Source: Raillietiella orientalis
Taxonomy: Eukaryota
Direction of reading: 5' to 3'
Assembly: GCA_036172245.1 (NCBI GenBank)
Contig: JAYWIR010000019.1
Coordinates: 2,604,001 to 2,668,000, forward strand
Length of the DNA: 64,000 bases
Position 1 is the first letter of the stretch. The number at the start of each line of letters is the position of its first letter. Under the pieces are notes generated by a model that searched no databases, was not told where the DNA came from, and saw only the letters and a program-made list of their open reading frames with translations. Position numbers and translations under genes: made by a program. Positions 12,248-25,825 of this stretch are shown here, piece by piece.

Positions 12248-15200
12248 GAGTTTTTCTGCAATGGCAGCAGCCTTTTTCCTGAAAGCTTCCCCAAAGTGAA
12301 ACCCTGAATTAACGAAAACAAATGAACCACGAGAGCGCTGGGGACAGGAAATAGGCGTCTTCTTCCCTTGGACACGAAGTACAGTAGACCTCCCCGTACA
12401 ACGCGCATAGGTACTCGTATAACGCGACGAAGAAATGGCGGCAAATGAGGTGCGCACGACGCTGTTGGGGGATTTCAGCGTGGTGGCATGGTGTCGGCAC
12501 TGAAACTCTTTCCAAGGAAAGACGAACACCGGATCTGAGAACATTCTTTATTCCAGCCAAAGGCTATCTCGTGAACAAAACAGGGCAGGAAACATTCTTC
12601 GACAACGAGAGCCGTAACTATAGAATGGTTTGAATTGATTAATCAATCATCAAAAAAAAACTCCAAAAACTCTTTAGGTTAAATAATAAAGCCGCATACT
12701 CATTTTATTTTTTCGCTTGAATCGAAGATAATGTTCTACGTTTAAAGACATGATATATATTTTCCCTAAAGGCTAGTATATTATCCATGTAGAACCCATA
12801 GGGCTCGTCGAGCGAGGAACGTATCCCCCGCGTTATGCGGAGGCCTCCTTGCAATCGGAATGGCAGCATCTGTGCAAGAAGAGAGAGAAATGAGGGAGAT
12901 GCTGCACTTCTCTCAACGAAGCTGTTGAATTCGGAGGAATTCCTGCGGCACTCCGAATTCGGGTCTTTGGGAAGACGGGCAACATTCAACCAAGCATCAC
13001 ACGAAAGGGAGAAAAAGAAAACGGCAGCCTGGAGTGAGGAAAAGGACAATCATGGCTAGCGGATGCTGGTCGCTGTCGCTGGGGGCAAACAGCTCTCTTG
13101 TCGCTGTAGTCAAATCTGGTACGTCTGAGGAACAATGCTGACACGAAACGAGGTTGGTCTCAGTCTCAGAGCTTAAAAAGCAGGCTAACCCTGCGAAGAT
13201 AAGAGAAATGAAAAAACAAACAAACAAAAAAATCGCTCGGTGAGTATAGTGTTCTCTTTAGAGGCATGCTCGAGGTTACAGCGGAGAGTCATTCCCTTGG
13301 GCTTTGCAGCACAACAAGAAGACAAAGGATGCATCTTTTGCTCAAACAGAACATCATCTCGACGAAGCGGAAAGCATCCATGCTTCTGACGAAAAAATAG
13401 GGTAGACACTCGAAAAAGGAAGATAAGAATAAAGTGTGGAATCTCTGAGTAGAACATCGAATTTTTTTCCAGTTTCCGTCGCATTTGTACATTGCGAGAA
13501 CTCCCTTCGAGAGAGCCAGGAGTGCCAAATGAAAGATATCAAGTGAATGCCACAGAGGAACAGCATCAAGCAGCTGTTCTTATTTTTGGATGGAATGGAT
13601 TTGCTTGTTTGTTCCCAAGTGCAATATGAACCTTATGGAAAGACATCGTAAAACTACGTTTCCAGGAATACATTTTCAGTAAGGGACAAAACGAAATTCG
13701 AAAGACAAATCTCTATGGCATTAGGGGAAAGGATGGAGGAATATCATAAGCCAGAGGTGAAACAATCCAACATTAATTAAGAGTGGAGTTAAGTAGTAGT
13801 AGGCATTTTATTACGAAGACTCGAGTAAAATCAGTCTTATCGTATCCCAGGTTATATCCAGACCGGTGATGCGGCGGAAGGCTACATTTGCTTAGAAGAA
13901 TTATTGAAGCAAACAGATTGTGACATTCATTTGCTAGTATCAGATCAAGCGCGATCACAGTGCGTCATCATCAGTGCCCATTTCTTTCGTTTTTTTAGTG
14001 ACCATCCTGCTTCATTTAGTTTTAATAAATCTTCGAAAATGCATCTTTGTGTTGCGCAGAACCGAACAGTAGGTTTGGGAGTCTGAAAGAACGAGAGATG
14101 TAAGGATGGCAATTCTGAAGTCTTGATAGACAGTGCTCGGTGTCGACTCGGTAGAGCAATCAATGTTTTCAGAAAGCACGTGAACAAGTCTGGAAGGGGG
14201 CCTGCAATAAGGCGTCCGCACGTTACTTTTTGGAAGAAGAAGCTTAGATGATTTGAAAAGACGCTACTACAGAATCCAGTCGATGAAGCAGCTGACCAGC
14301 AATGAAAGCAGCAGATCGAAGCTTCGTTACGAGTTTGCGGATCGATCTCTTGGAACAGTGCAACGACTTCTCTCTACTGCGTTCGAGACTCAACTGAAGC
14401 ACTTCGCAGCTTCAGTCGAGGGAGGACCACACCCTCGAAAAAATTCCCACGAAAGAAGAATACTCTTCTCCGACATCCACCGTCGGTGTGCAAAACCGGG
14501 GCTGTTGGACCGATCTCCCTTGACGACAGAGTGGCAGATGATCGCAACCTGTCGGTCCTCCGGGATGACTCCCATTCCTGCTGAGAGCGGGAAATGCTTA
14601 CGCCGAGAGATCGACAGGATGCCTCGGCCTACCTAACGTAGCTGAAGGGAGCCGATAATTTCGAGGCTGTCGGTAGCTTCAAACTGCCAATGGCTGTGAG
14701 CAATTTATTCCAAAGGAGGATGCGTGAAAAAAAGGGGAGGATACAGGCATCGAAGGTGATGGAGAGAGTTTGGAGGGATTTCGTGTTCCAGAGAAATCGA
14801 TGAGAAGAGGAACAAACCTAGCCAGTGGCCTCAGAGGCATGTGAAGGATGGAAAGACCAGTGCCAAGAAGAATTAAGGTAAGATGGACATTTTGGAAAAA
14901 GGTGCCCAAGAAAACATGCGGGACTCGACGGTCGATGTGTACACGAGAAGATGTCCTCAGGCCGAGTGACGATTCGGTGCAAGTCAGCGTGGACATCCCT
15001 TACTGGAAAACACCAAGATCAAGGGAAGACCATGTCCCGAGTTGAATAGCATTGCCATTTCCTGCTTAGCAGCGAGCATATTCGGTTCTCAGACTGCAGG
15101 TCTCATCCTTGCGGCGCGCGACTCGAATTCCTGCCGGTATAGGAAGCTCCCGGAGAGAACAGTGCAGACCATCAGTGCAGAAAGTCTGGAGGATGGGAGG

Positions 15201-16640
15201 AAGCCCTTAGGGCACATCGTCCAGCAGGTGCACATGCACCCATGATCAGGCACGGAGAGTTGGTGATCCAAATTAAGGGACACGATCAAGCAGTGGGGGC
15301 TGGTAGCTACCAGTCAGACCATCCCGGGAGCGAATTCAAAGCTGAGGACGCTCCAGGAGGAAGTGAAAGTGCTCATTTCTCGAACTCGCTTACCCCTATG
15401 AGCACTTAGCAGCAGCATTGGAAGCGGCAGGACGGGAAAGGGAGAGCAAGTTGCGGGGATTTGCGCTTCACCCTTCCTCACAAGGAAGCACAAGGGGGCG
15501 AGCCGAGATCAGTCTTCGTAGGATGGGTCCGGGATCTTAGAACTCGGTCAGTATTGAAATGTTAAGAGGGTTGCATAATCGGCGGAGAAATGGGCGGAGC
15601 ACACCAAAGGCGGAATTTGTGTGCTCAAACGCATAGTGATGTGCATGTTGAGAGCACGCGCTGCACCCTCGCCCGTGATGGGAAAACCTCTCAAAACCCC
15701 AATGAAGGAATGGGAAGAGAAATGAAGCCAAAAAAATGGCGGAAATCCCCCTTCTACGTTTGTCCGCTGTCTCCAAGCATATTCTTTGCGCAGCTTGATC
15801 GCTGGTAAGTTGGAAAATTAGGGCTGACTTGGCCGCAAGATTTCCCCTCCCCCGCGAAGACGAAACACGGTCCTACGTGGCAGCGGTGTGCCACTGCATT
15901 CATCGGCATTCCTGCATGGAGTGACATCAAATAAACGTACTCTGTTTTCACAGAGGTGGCCCCTGAAGGCATCGTTCACTCGATTTGGGAGCCTCCTTCT
16001 TGGAGTCTGCAAACGATCGCTCCCAGAGAAATGCCTGCACATCTCGGGAGTGGAGAACCCGGACGGGGGACATTCGTGGACGGACACCGGTGACTGCTTT
16101 GAAAAACTCTCCCAAGGAGGATTCGGCTCCCCACGCTGCAAAGGTGTTGTGAATCGAAACCAAGTTCGGCAGCAGGCGTCTATACCTTCAGATGATAAAA
16201 CACCACGACAAGCGTTGCTTCCTCTTTGTTTTTTTTTGATTTGAAAGAACTGGCACACAGAGATGCTGACCAGCCTTGCCCTGAGCTGGCGCGTCGTTAA
16301 CGCACCTTGGAAACAGCCAGAACGAAAGAATTGACAAAATTATGATAATGACAAACGAAAACTGGACTGGGAAGGTTGAGGGGGAGGACTTAGGTGTACC
16401 GATGAAAGAAGGGACGCACGCACCTGCGCACACCCAAGGATTTTCGGAAGTATTTCAAGAGGTGCATGACACGCGAAATTCGTGTGCATCAGAGCGGCGA
16501 CGAAATGAGAGAACATTCGGATATTCCGAGTGAATGTGAGAGCCATCTCTCGACAAGAAGGAAAAGTCTTTATGATTTGCTGCTTCTCGGAAAGGGTGCT
16601 CTCTGCAATCACGGTCGTGTCTGATAAATCGTCGTGTTTA

Positions 16641-17870
16641 TCACAGATGTCTGAGAATACACAACTGTAACAAATCTGCTTTCAGAAGCACTTTCATAAG
16701 GGAAATGTTGTTACAAAACAAGGCGAATTTGACAAAACATCTTCTGAACTTCACTACAATCTTGTCTGCCCGCACACTTTGGTAGCCTTTTGCCTTGCAG
16801 CGATGTTTCCCGAAGATATATGCACCTATCACAAGCAACACTAAAACTGCGAAAGAAACACCCATTGCCACAGGAGGTATGTTGGATGGTATATACCACC
16901 TCTCTCCCTTCAGCATCCCATCCAAAAAAAAAAAAAACATACCGGAGAGACTTACGGAGCTCAAGGAAAGAGTGACTAAAGAAGTAGGTCAGCTAAAATC
17001 CACGGTCGATACTCTACAGTGGATGTTGTAAATTTGAAAGAGTGGAAAAAGGCAGCCCATTAGTCAAAGAATGCTTAGCCATGGAACTACAAAGCTCGTT
17101 CTATACTTGAGTAAAAAATAAGCGAAGTACTTGATGAGTGATACCATGCGTAGAGGGAATCCTCCACTGCCAGCAAGAAGGACTGATCCAAAGTGATTCT
17201 CTCCTCTGATCAATTCTCTCCTCATCTCCTCTGCTTCCGGATGTGAGCCGACCGATGAGCGTGACGGAAGAAAAGCAGAAGTCTGCGTCAAAAGGTGCCG
17301 TGGCAGAAACCGAATCCCACCGAGTAGAAGTGCAACCGCTTCCCATTTCTAGAATACCCAAAGCGAGATCGGAATTTTAGAGCATCCCGTCTTTCATAAT
17401 CTCTTATTCCTTCAAGAGCACGTTCGAGCGTTTATATCAGCAAAAACAAATCCCGCAAAAGCCTGAAGACGAGAATGTTGTTGTTGTGTTTGTCGCGCCC
17501 ACTGGTACAGATCAAAGATTCTGAGAGAAACAGTTTGCATCGGAATCGAAAATGTAAACAGGGAAAAACCTTTTCTTGATTGCATTCATCTTGTGGGTCA
17601 CACAATCACTACGAGGTGGAATCATTAAATACGATTTTTCATTCGAACAGGAAAAGGGAAGACGATTTCCAAGTGCAGGCATTTCCATCTCCCTCCGTGA
17701 AGTGCGATCCCTCCATCCACTGCCACGTTTTGAGATACGGAAGCTGGAAATACACATGACATTGTAAATTTTTTAATCGATACTTCAGTACTGCGTCCGA
17801 TGAGGAAGATCTGCACATTCCATGATATGATCAGCAGCCACGCCCGTGGGTCTTCCTCTCACGATTCATG
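16641..17870 (-). pseudogene. Degenerate LAMP (lysosome-associated membrane protein)-like locus
   Basis: C-terminal IPPVAMGVSFAVLVLLVIGAYIFGKHRCKAKGYQSV is a LAMP-type TM plus GYxxPhi tail. Upstream are LAMP-like beta segments, Cys residues and a Thr-rich hinge (ATNTTTTFSSS), interrupted by in-frame stops (16991-16989, 17514-17512) and frame changes. It could instead be a functional gene with short introns. Confidence 0.55.
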
Positions 17871-18115
17871 GTTCTCCCAGACGTCAACTCTGTAGATATT
17901 TTGAGAAATGATCACAGATTGGTTATCGTCATGCCATCATTTCCACACATCACAGGCGCGGAAGAACAGTTATGGACGAACTCTTTTTTTACTTCGATGC
18001 CACTCTCGAATAAAATGAAGTACTTAGATGTAATTTCCAGATATTCGTCATGTGTTCCATATTATGTAATAAACATGTGTGCGGTATGCATATACATACG
18101 AAAGAGCGCCGAAAA

Positions 18116-19025
18116 TACGAGGAGTATTTCAAAAGTAAGCGCCGATCGGATAGAAAGGAAGAACAACGAACAAGAGGAACAAAAATGTCTTCCTGGTTCG
18201 AAACGCATACATCCCCATGTCATTCTTCCACGTAGTCACCATTTTTTTCCAAACCATTTCATACCGTGGAAGAAGCTCTTTGAAAGCCTCTGCATGAAAT
18301 TCCGCCGCCTCGGAGTTCAGCCAGTCAGCACGGCAGTTTTCAATTCCCCCTCGAGCCTCTGAGCCACTTCTTGAGGTGCAGGAAGGCGTATGGTCACTGA
18401 GCGCGAGGTCAGGACTGTAAGGTGAGTGATCAAAAAGTTCCCGTTTGAATTTCCGAATTGTCTGGAATGCGTGGACAGCAGTGTGTGGGACCAAAAGGGT
18501 GTGCTTTTGGTGGAATTCATGGAGCCACAATAGACTTGCGGAACACTTCCACAGCTGCAGCGTGCCATTCAGAACCGATGACGTGTAATGCTGAGATCAG
18601 GAATGGTCCTCCTTCTTCGTGACAACGCGCACCTTGGCAACACACGCTGTCCGCACATTCCAGATAATTCAGAAATTCAAATGCGAACTTTTCAACATCA
18701 CCCACCCCACAGTGCTGCCCAGTGACCACCACGTCTTCCTGCACCTCAAGGGGTGGCTCGACGGTTCGAGGGGGAAGGCGAGGAGTGGAAAACTCTGCGG
18801 TGCTGCTGAACCGAACTGAATGAACTCCCAGGCGGCGGAATTTCATGCAGACGGTTCCAAAAAGCTTCTGCCACGGTGTCGAAAGGGGTTGGGAAACAAT
18901 GGCGACTATGTGGAAGAATGGCATGGGGATGGATGTGTTTCGAACCAGGAAGACACTTTTGTTCCTCTTGTTCGTTCTGTCTTTCTATCCGATCGGCCCT
19001 TACTTTTGAGATGCGCCTCCTCGTA
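18116..19025. mobile_element. Non-autonomous foldback mariner (Tc1/mariner) element with long inverted arms
   Basis: Both ends read TA-CGAGGAG...TCAAAAGTAAG(C/G)GCCGATCGGATAGAAAG inward. Decayed transposase motifs on plus: WDQKGVLLVEFM, LQRAIQNR*RVMLRSGMVLLLRDNA, PSDHHVFLHLK. On minus: HSPYSPDLALSD. Confidence 0.9.
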
Positions 19026-22000
19026 TATGTGCAGAATGCACACACAAATATGGATGCTCCATGATATTTCGCACATGCGGATCTAAATATTTACATGAAA
19101 TTTGTGTGCAAAGTGGTGTATCTAAGTCTATGCACATTTCAAAGCACTCCACCCACCTAAGCATCCAACTGTGCTCAGCGGAAGGATATCTGATCAAAAT
19201 CAGTGAACAGCACTCATCGAGATTTCGGGCGAAGAGTAGCTGTACATCGTGAAATCCACGGTGCACCCCGAAAGGCACAAGCCATCAACACCGTGAGTTT
19301 CCCGAAAACGAGGAAACCAGAATTTGTTATCCATGCGCCACATTTTGTGTAAATGACAATCGTGTGGTACAAATCATACGATGAAGTTGCGGCTGTTCGT
19401 CGGATCGGACTTCTCGAATGAGACCGCTTCGAGCTTTCTCTCTATGAAATCAACACCGAAATTTCGTAGGTGATTTTGCATTTCAGAGAGAGAAAAAGAA
19501 AAAGAGAAAAAAAATTCCGAGTGGCCCCCTCTGAGAAAAGAAACGGCTGTGCCTGTTGATCCCCTGGCATCTACGCGAACTCGTAATCTCTTGCTAAGCA
19601 GCCATCAACGATAAAGAACCTTGCAACTCGCTGCTTCAAAACAGAGTTTAGAAATTTATCCTCGTAATTCCATGTATCTTCTTTTTCCTCAAGAGCTTTT
19701 TTTTTTTTTTTTAAACTGTAACGTGATCGAGTAAATTTGCAGTTTTTGGAAACAAAATCTCTTTGGAACAGTTGTTACACTTTGAAATTCGTTGGCAGGA
19801 CTTTCAACGGTAGCAATCTCTGGAGAGATCGTAATGGAAACTGATACTCCGACCCGGAATCCAATTTCTCATTTTATCGGCGAAATCGCATCTGTGCTTG
19901 CTATCTGCTCTTTGCTTGCAGTGGCCGCTTCCCACAGTCCTTACCCTACACTGTCAACACAGGAAAAAGGCGTTTCCAGCAGAGGTATCGAAACAGATGC
20001 AAACCTTCTGCAGTTGGCTCTTTATCCAAAATCAATACCTTCATGCCAAGCTGAATTTCGTTCGCGGAAGAGAAAAGCAGAAAAGACTTCCTGTTCTGAC
20101 AGCTCACGATTTAATCTAACAGCTCCATGCAATTCTTTTTGTTTGAGATGGGCCTTTGCATTTCGCCAATCCCCGACGGGGGTGAGATCAACGAAGCGTG
20201 TCTGGATATCACAGCCACCAACTTCTATCGGCAACAACCCGCAGGGGAAGCCGCAGAAGATGCGGAGGATGGGAAGAGTCGCTCGGTCACATTCACAGCA
20301 GGTGCGGCAGCAACCGGGCAACGACTTGTAGAGAGACGAGTCGATGCCCCAAACCAAGAAGACGGCGGGAGCTGGCGGGCGCCAGCCAGACTCTCCGGAA
20401 ACAGACCCGAAGCTGAAGCCAGACCTTCGGGTCACGCTGGACTTCTCTTGACTTTAGAAGTGTTCAGCGACGGCGTTGGAAAGGGGCGCACCGGGAGAAA
20501 GGGGCCGCCTCTACACTTCGCCTCCAACAAAGAGTCCGCCACCGTCTAAGGGCAACTGTGTTGAAGTAAAGTGAAATCCCGGAATCCAAGAAACAGCGAG
20601 GGGAGCTGAAAATTCCCAAGTGGCAGGCAGAGTACCTGCCGGGGAAGAGATGGTATGCTCGAACACGCAACATTCTCGGGATGCTCGAAGGAAACGTCGG
20701 ACGGGTCTTCGGTCGTTACAGAGGAACCCCGAAAAATCTCAGACAGAAGGTAATAGTGGGAACTCTCTGCCTCCATTGCTTCGTATCCTCTTTTTTTTAC
20801 ATTACTATGTATCCAAAAATTTGAACAGGTTATCAAGAAACTCGGGGTGTCATGTTCTTATTTATTTCTAACTATCGAGCAAGGAACACGACTTGTAATC
20901 ATCAATAGCAACGATTCCGCATGAACTGATGATATGAGACAATGTCGAGTTAGACCAGAAAGATGCAAGGTTTCAGGATTTCGACTCAAAACAATCCGGA
21001 CTGTCTTATCTTCCGAGTGGCCGTGCGCCGGTCTCAACATTCGGGGTATGTTGAAGGAATGAGCTTATTCTCTGAAATCACCAAGGCTACATCTGGCTCT
21101 TGGAGAGTGGAAAAAAATAGAAACAGGTCAGATGTCACATGCACGGATCAATCCTCGTGAAAAAAAATCCTACTCCCATCGCTTTATCGTTGCACCTATA
21201 TTTGCAAGGCCTGACCCTTTTTTTTAGATACCATTTCCCTCACTTTTTATTTTTCAAAAATCTGTGGAGATTCCATAACACCCAGGTGATTGGCAGGTTG
21301 CCTTCGTTCCTTTTAAGAATACTGGCAACACCTCGCATGGGGATCATGGTTGAACTGAGCCCAGAGGCTTTTATGCTTCTTTGGGACTGCATTTCAATAG
21401 CACTCAAGTGCTCCCTTGCAAGATGGATTCAGATCTTCCTTTTCTCTCCCTTCCTTTCTTTCCGGAACAAACCATTTGTTTTCTCAAGCTCAAGGAATCT
21501 GCCATGCACTTGCCGTGCCATCTCCTGCAGATCTGCTCACTTCCGAGAAGAACTTCGACAGAGTGCCGCCTCGGAGTTCGTTCCTATTTCCGGGCCCATG
21601 AACCTATGCTCACGCAAACAGGGAGTGAAGCTGGCTAGAGAAGGACGACAGTGACCAAGAGATGGTCGCTTGTTTTCGAAAGTTGAAACTATGCATTCGC
21701 TGCCTGCAGGTTTCAAAATGCATCCTCTAATAGTGCATGGTTCTGTTTTTGACATTTTGGAAACGTTTCAACTCCGAACACTCTCATAAGATTGGTCAGC
21801 ATTCTATGGGAGAATCCCTGCCGCCGTCTCTAGCTGAATTAAAGAAATCCATTTTCGAATCCCCCCCCCCCCCGAAGTCCATGCCATAGCGGTGTTGAAA
21901 AACTGCTCAGAACCCTAGCTTTTGTGTTCTTTCTCCCTTGTGGGTCGTTTCCTTTGAGTACCGTTGACGCGGAATGCATCATTGCACGTGTTTTCTTTTT

Positions 22001-22839
22001 AACACTGGAAGTGAATTCCCCTGCCTTGGATTCGAGAGAGAGAGAGAGAGAAAAAAAACTCGACTCAAGAGACCCTCTGTTTGCCCGTTGCAATTTCAAA
22101 CGGATGGATCGAGACAGAAAGTCTCAAGGCAGATCAGAACGGATCTCACAGGAACGCCGCCTTACAAGATTTACCTTTTCGAAACTAAAGAATAAAAAAG
22201 CACCAGAAGTGCATAGTAAGCAAGGCGGCTTCTTATTATCGGTCTGCTTGCTCGTCAAAACTCATGTTCCGGAAAGTTGGAGTCGGCCTGCTCCCATCTT
22301 ACTTTCACGATCCACATGAAGAAAGGAATAAGTGCGGTCTGAAGGACTCGAAAGGTGAGGAACACCGTCGCATTTTTTGCGACTCTCACATCTCTTCTAC
22401 TTGCATCGAGAAATCACTCTGAGGACAGATCCGCGAGCAGAATGTGTGCGGTTCCGTGCCAATGATGTCAATCGTCAGCAACGGCCGAGTTCTTTCATCC
22501 CCCGGAAACACCTTCCACTAATCAGCTAATTAACGGGGGATACGGGTGTCAGGGCAGGGTCGATCAAAACCCCGAAGCATCATAAAAAAATAAATATGTA
22601 TGTCTATTAATGTATCAACATGTATTTACATATGCGTGAGTACATATTAAATGAAAGTGTGAATATCGAATTGTACAAATGAAAAAAATAATGGTGGCAA
22701 TTAAAAATAGTGGGAAAAATTTTAAACCAAAGTGAAAAAACAAAAAGAAATTTGGTATTTCCTTTTCCTATCATTGCCAACACTCAAGAAACACGACTTT
22801 CTCAGTAAATGACGAATTCTATTTTCGGTATTTTGACCG

Positions 22840-23115
22840 TAGGTCTATACGTTTATAATTCGAATATATAAATATTGAATTATAAACGTATGCTTATTCT
22901 ATACTAATATATATAATGAATACATATCTATATTAACATATAATTTAATATAGACATATATTTATTATATATATTGATATATACTAATCATATGTACTTA
23001 GTTTTTGAATTCTTTAATATATATTAATAACATGAATGTTAATGGATATGAATGAGTACGCATGCTAAAATAAATCTGTATATTAATACATATAATAAAC
23101 ATATCTATTTATTTT
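22840..23115. repeat. AT-rich low-complexity (TA-rich) tract
   Basis: Dense TATA/ATAT runs with almost no G/C, inside a GC-richer region. Confidence 0.6.
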
Positions 23116-24735
23116 TAATGAGCTTTCGAGATATTCGGGATTTTGAACCAAACTCGTTCCAGGAAAACACGCCTGCCTTGCCCTTCCAGTAAAGTTGCAT
23201 TTACCTTGAGAGAGGGGGAGAAGCTGAGTTTCCTGGAAACGCTTGGGAGCAGCAAAGGATTCTCTGATGCCACTCGAAGTGAGCTGGTCCACCAGATAGT
23301 CCTCAAGAGTGAATAGCTACCCGCTCTTGATGTTAACCTTACGCTGTGGGGGAACACTTCGGTAGCGTACGCTCATCGCAAAGTTCAGTGGCCATTCGGC
23401 ATGATCCCACTATGTGGAAGGGAAAGAGTTCTGGTGTGGTTTCCCTTGTCCACAGCAGACACTTGTTTCTACTTCAAGGAGATTCATTCATATCTGCTGG
23501 TTAGCCTGATGCCATTTTTCCGCAGAAAGAGGATTTGTTTCAGGAAACAGGGCGCTGCCTTTCCTCATCCCAGGGCAGGACTGTCTTCAGCAGCCTCTCT
23601 GAGGATCGGTCATACTCACTGCTCAAAGAGCTCGCTGATCTGACGGCATTACTGTTGACTCCATTCCTCGGCAGCTGTGGAGCATTCCTCGATTCACTTT
23701 TCTTCCGAATGGGAGCTGACCGAGGAAAAAGACCGAGCTCTTCGGATGCTCTCATTTAGCGAAAGTTGCCGTGTCCCGGTTCCCTTAATGACGTTTTTCC
23801 AGGATTCACCTGCAGAACATCAGCAGGACGTTTGCGAAAAAGGATGACGTTGGAAAAATGCTAGGAACAAAAGTGCGGCAGCTAAACGACTCGACAGGGC
23901 ATCCACAAAAGTACCGGGAACGATCCATTTTGCGAGAGTGCTCCTCCTCTTTCTCCTTAGCAAAGAACATTCGTGCTTATGCGCACATACGAGAAAAGTG
24001 ACGTTTCCTGGTTTAAAAGAGAAGGTCTGCTCTGACGTGTTAAACCAAAAATGATTTCAGTTCCTGGCATGCGTGCTCAAACATGGCAACTGGGTTAATG
24101 CATGTGGACGAGAAATGGCCACGCGAAATCGAATCAGAAACTCGACTATGATGGACATCGACTTCGATGATTATTAGGAATGCCGAGAAAAACTAGCAGA
24201 GACATTTTATTCCAGAGCAAAGGTAAATGTACTCAGGAAAACGCACATGTTTTTTTTTTTTGCTTTCTTTTTTTGAGTTTCAAGGGAAAGCATTTAAACG
24301 AAGAACAATCAACAGCCACGATACTTTGACATCTCTTGGGCATTTTTTCTTTCCCCCCCCCCCCCCCCCCTCCTTCCCACCGTTTCCAACCACAGAATCA
24401 ATTCTGTTTTGTGAAGAAACACGAGGCTTGTGTGCAGACACCAAAAAAGTCGTGTGTAATAAATGAAGACTTTCACGCAACGCGAGGCACCTCGGTTTGA
24501 GGGTCCACCAAATTCGTGCGCACGCAATTATTTTCCTTGCATGTGCGAGTGGAGGTCCTGACGCGGAGGAAACAGTCATGGTTTCATCTGGGATCAAAGG
24601 ATACGTTCATGCTTTCCGTATTCCTATCCAGGTTCTTCCTGGCATCTACGAAGGGCAATCTTGTAGGTATTGCACCCAGTTTCGCGTTCTCGCTTCTTTT
24701 TGCTTCCGCCCTAAGCAAGCACCCAATGGATAGAT

Positions 24736-25825
24736 TTGACCCTTAACGACCCAGAATGTTTCCTAACGTCACTGACCAGTAGTGCCCGACAGACGCATTG
24801 CTCTAAAGTATATTAAAATGAAGTGAATAATGTGAAAAAAAAAATCACTGTTACCATGTTAGACAAGTCATGGATACTACGATTATTTATTGAGGAAGAC
24901 ACTTGACACAAATTCTTTTTTTTTTTTTTAGTGCTGGTGTATCTCTTGACTTTCCAAGTGTCCTGGTGTTTTTATCGTCAAAGCTTGGAAAACGTAGAAC
25001 AGACGCAAATCGATTTCTCCCCATAGTCGGCAATATCGAATCCCAATACTCTCCGAAATCTCCGTTGCTCTGTTTGTCAACACCAGTGGTCAACAGTAGA
25101 CCCACAGATGCTTGTAACTCTCTTTCAGCTTCGGAATCGGTGAGTTTTACAAGAAGTTCCGGTCGAAAAATAAATGGGAACTGTGAATAGGATCTTGAAT
25201 TCCTTTCTCTGGTGGGACAACAGCCTCATGAACTCCGCCCCTGATTCTGTCATGCCGCGGAGCTCTTCTCATATTTTCCGGTGCTGCTGCTTCCACTTGG
25301 CTCCATCTTCTCCCACATATTCTTCGTCAATGGGATGATTATAATTGTTTTCTCGTCCCTCTTCATTTGCGTTTTCGTCACCGCTGTGTAATTGCTCATC
25401 GCCGACTTCAGATGCCATTTCTGCGAAGTTACTTTCACTATCAGAGGCACTCGCCGTCCATAATGAAATCCTCGCGTTTGCATATGTCAGTAAATATTGA
25501 TGGAACAAACAAAAACAGTGACGGTACGCAAACTTCACATTATTCACTTGCAGATTCTAACAGCCTCGAACGTGCGAATTTGTATTATATCAAACAGTGT
25601 CCAATGGACACATCTGAATTGTGATGATGTTGTATCTTTGGTAGGTCGTTAAAACAGAGAAAGCAACGCTTTTTTGAAAAAAATTTCGGTAAGATGATTT
25701 TCAAAATGGAACAAAGAGGATAAATTAGACAAAGTAACTTCCCAATCAAGTAGACACTGTCGACTTTGTACGTGATTCAGTTTGGAAACGTGTCCATTGG
25801 ACACTACTAGGACGTAAAGGGTGAG
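24736..25825 (-). mobile_element. Internally deleted piggyBac transposon remnant
   Basis: Minus-strand fragments: acidic N-terminus plus YVGEDGAKW, and ELQASVGLLLTTGV...EYW...TMGRNRFASVLRFPSFDDKNTR (piggyBac transposase pattern EL.AF.GL...MSRNRF..L..LRFDD..TR). Ends: CCCTTAACGACC at 24740 and GGACGTAAAGGG ending at 25821. Flanks TTGA and TGAG are possible decayed TTAA target sites. Confidence 0.8.

Noticed and set aside
14700..15400. Purine-rich stretch with GHFGKRCP (zinc-knuckle-like)
   Set aside because: The CX2CX4HX4C motif is incomplete, with no other gag/pol motifs or LTRs.
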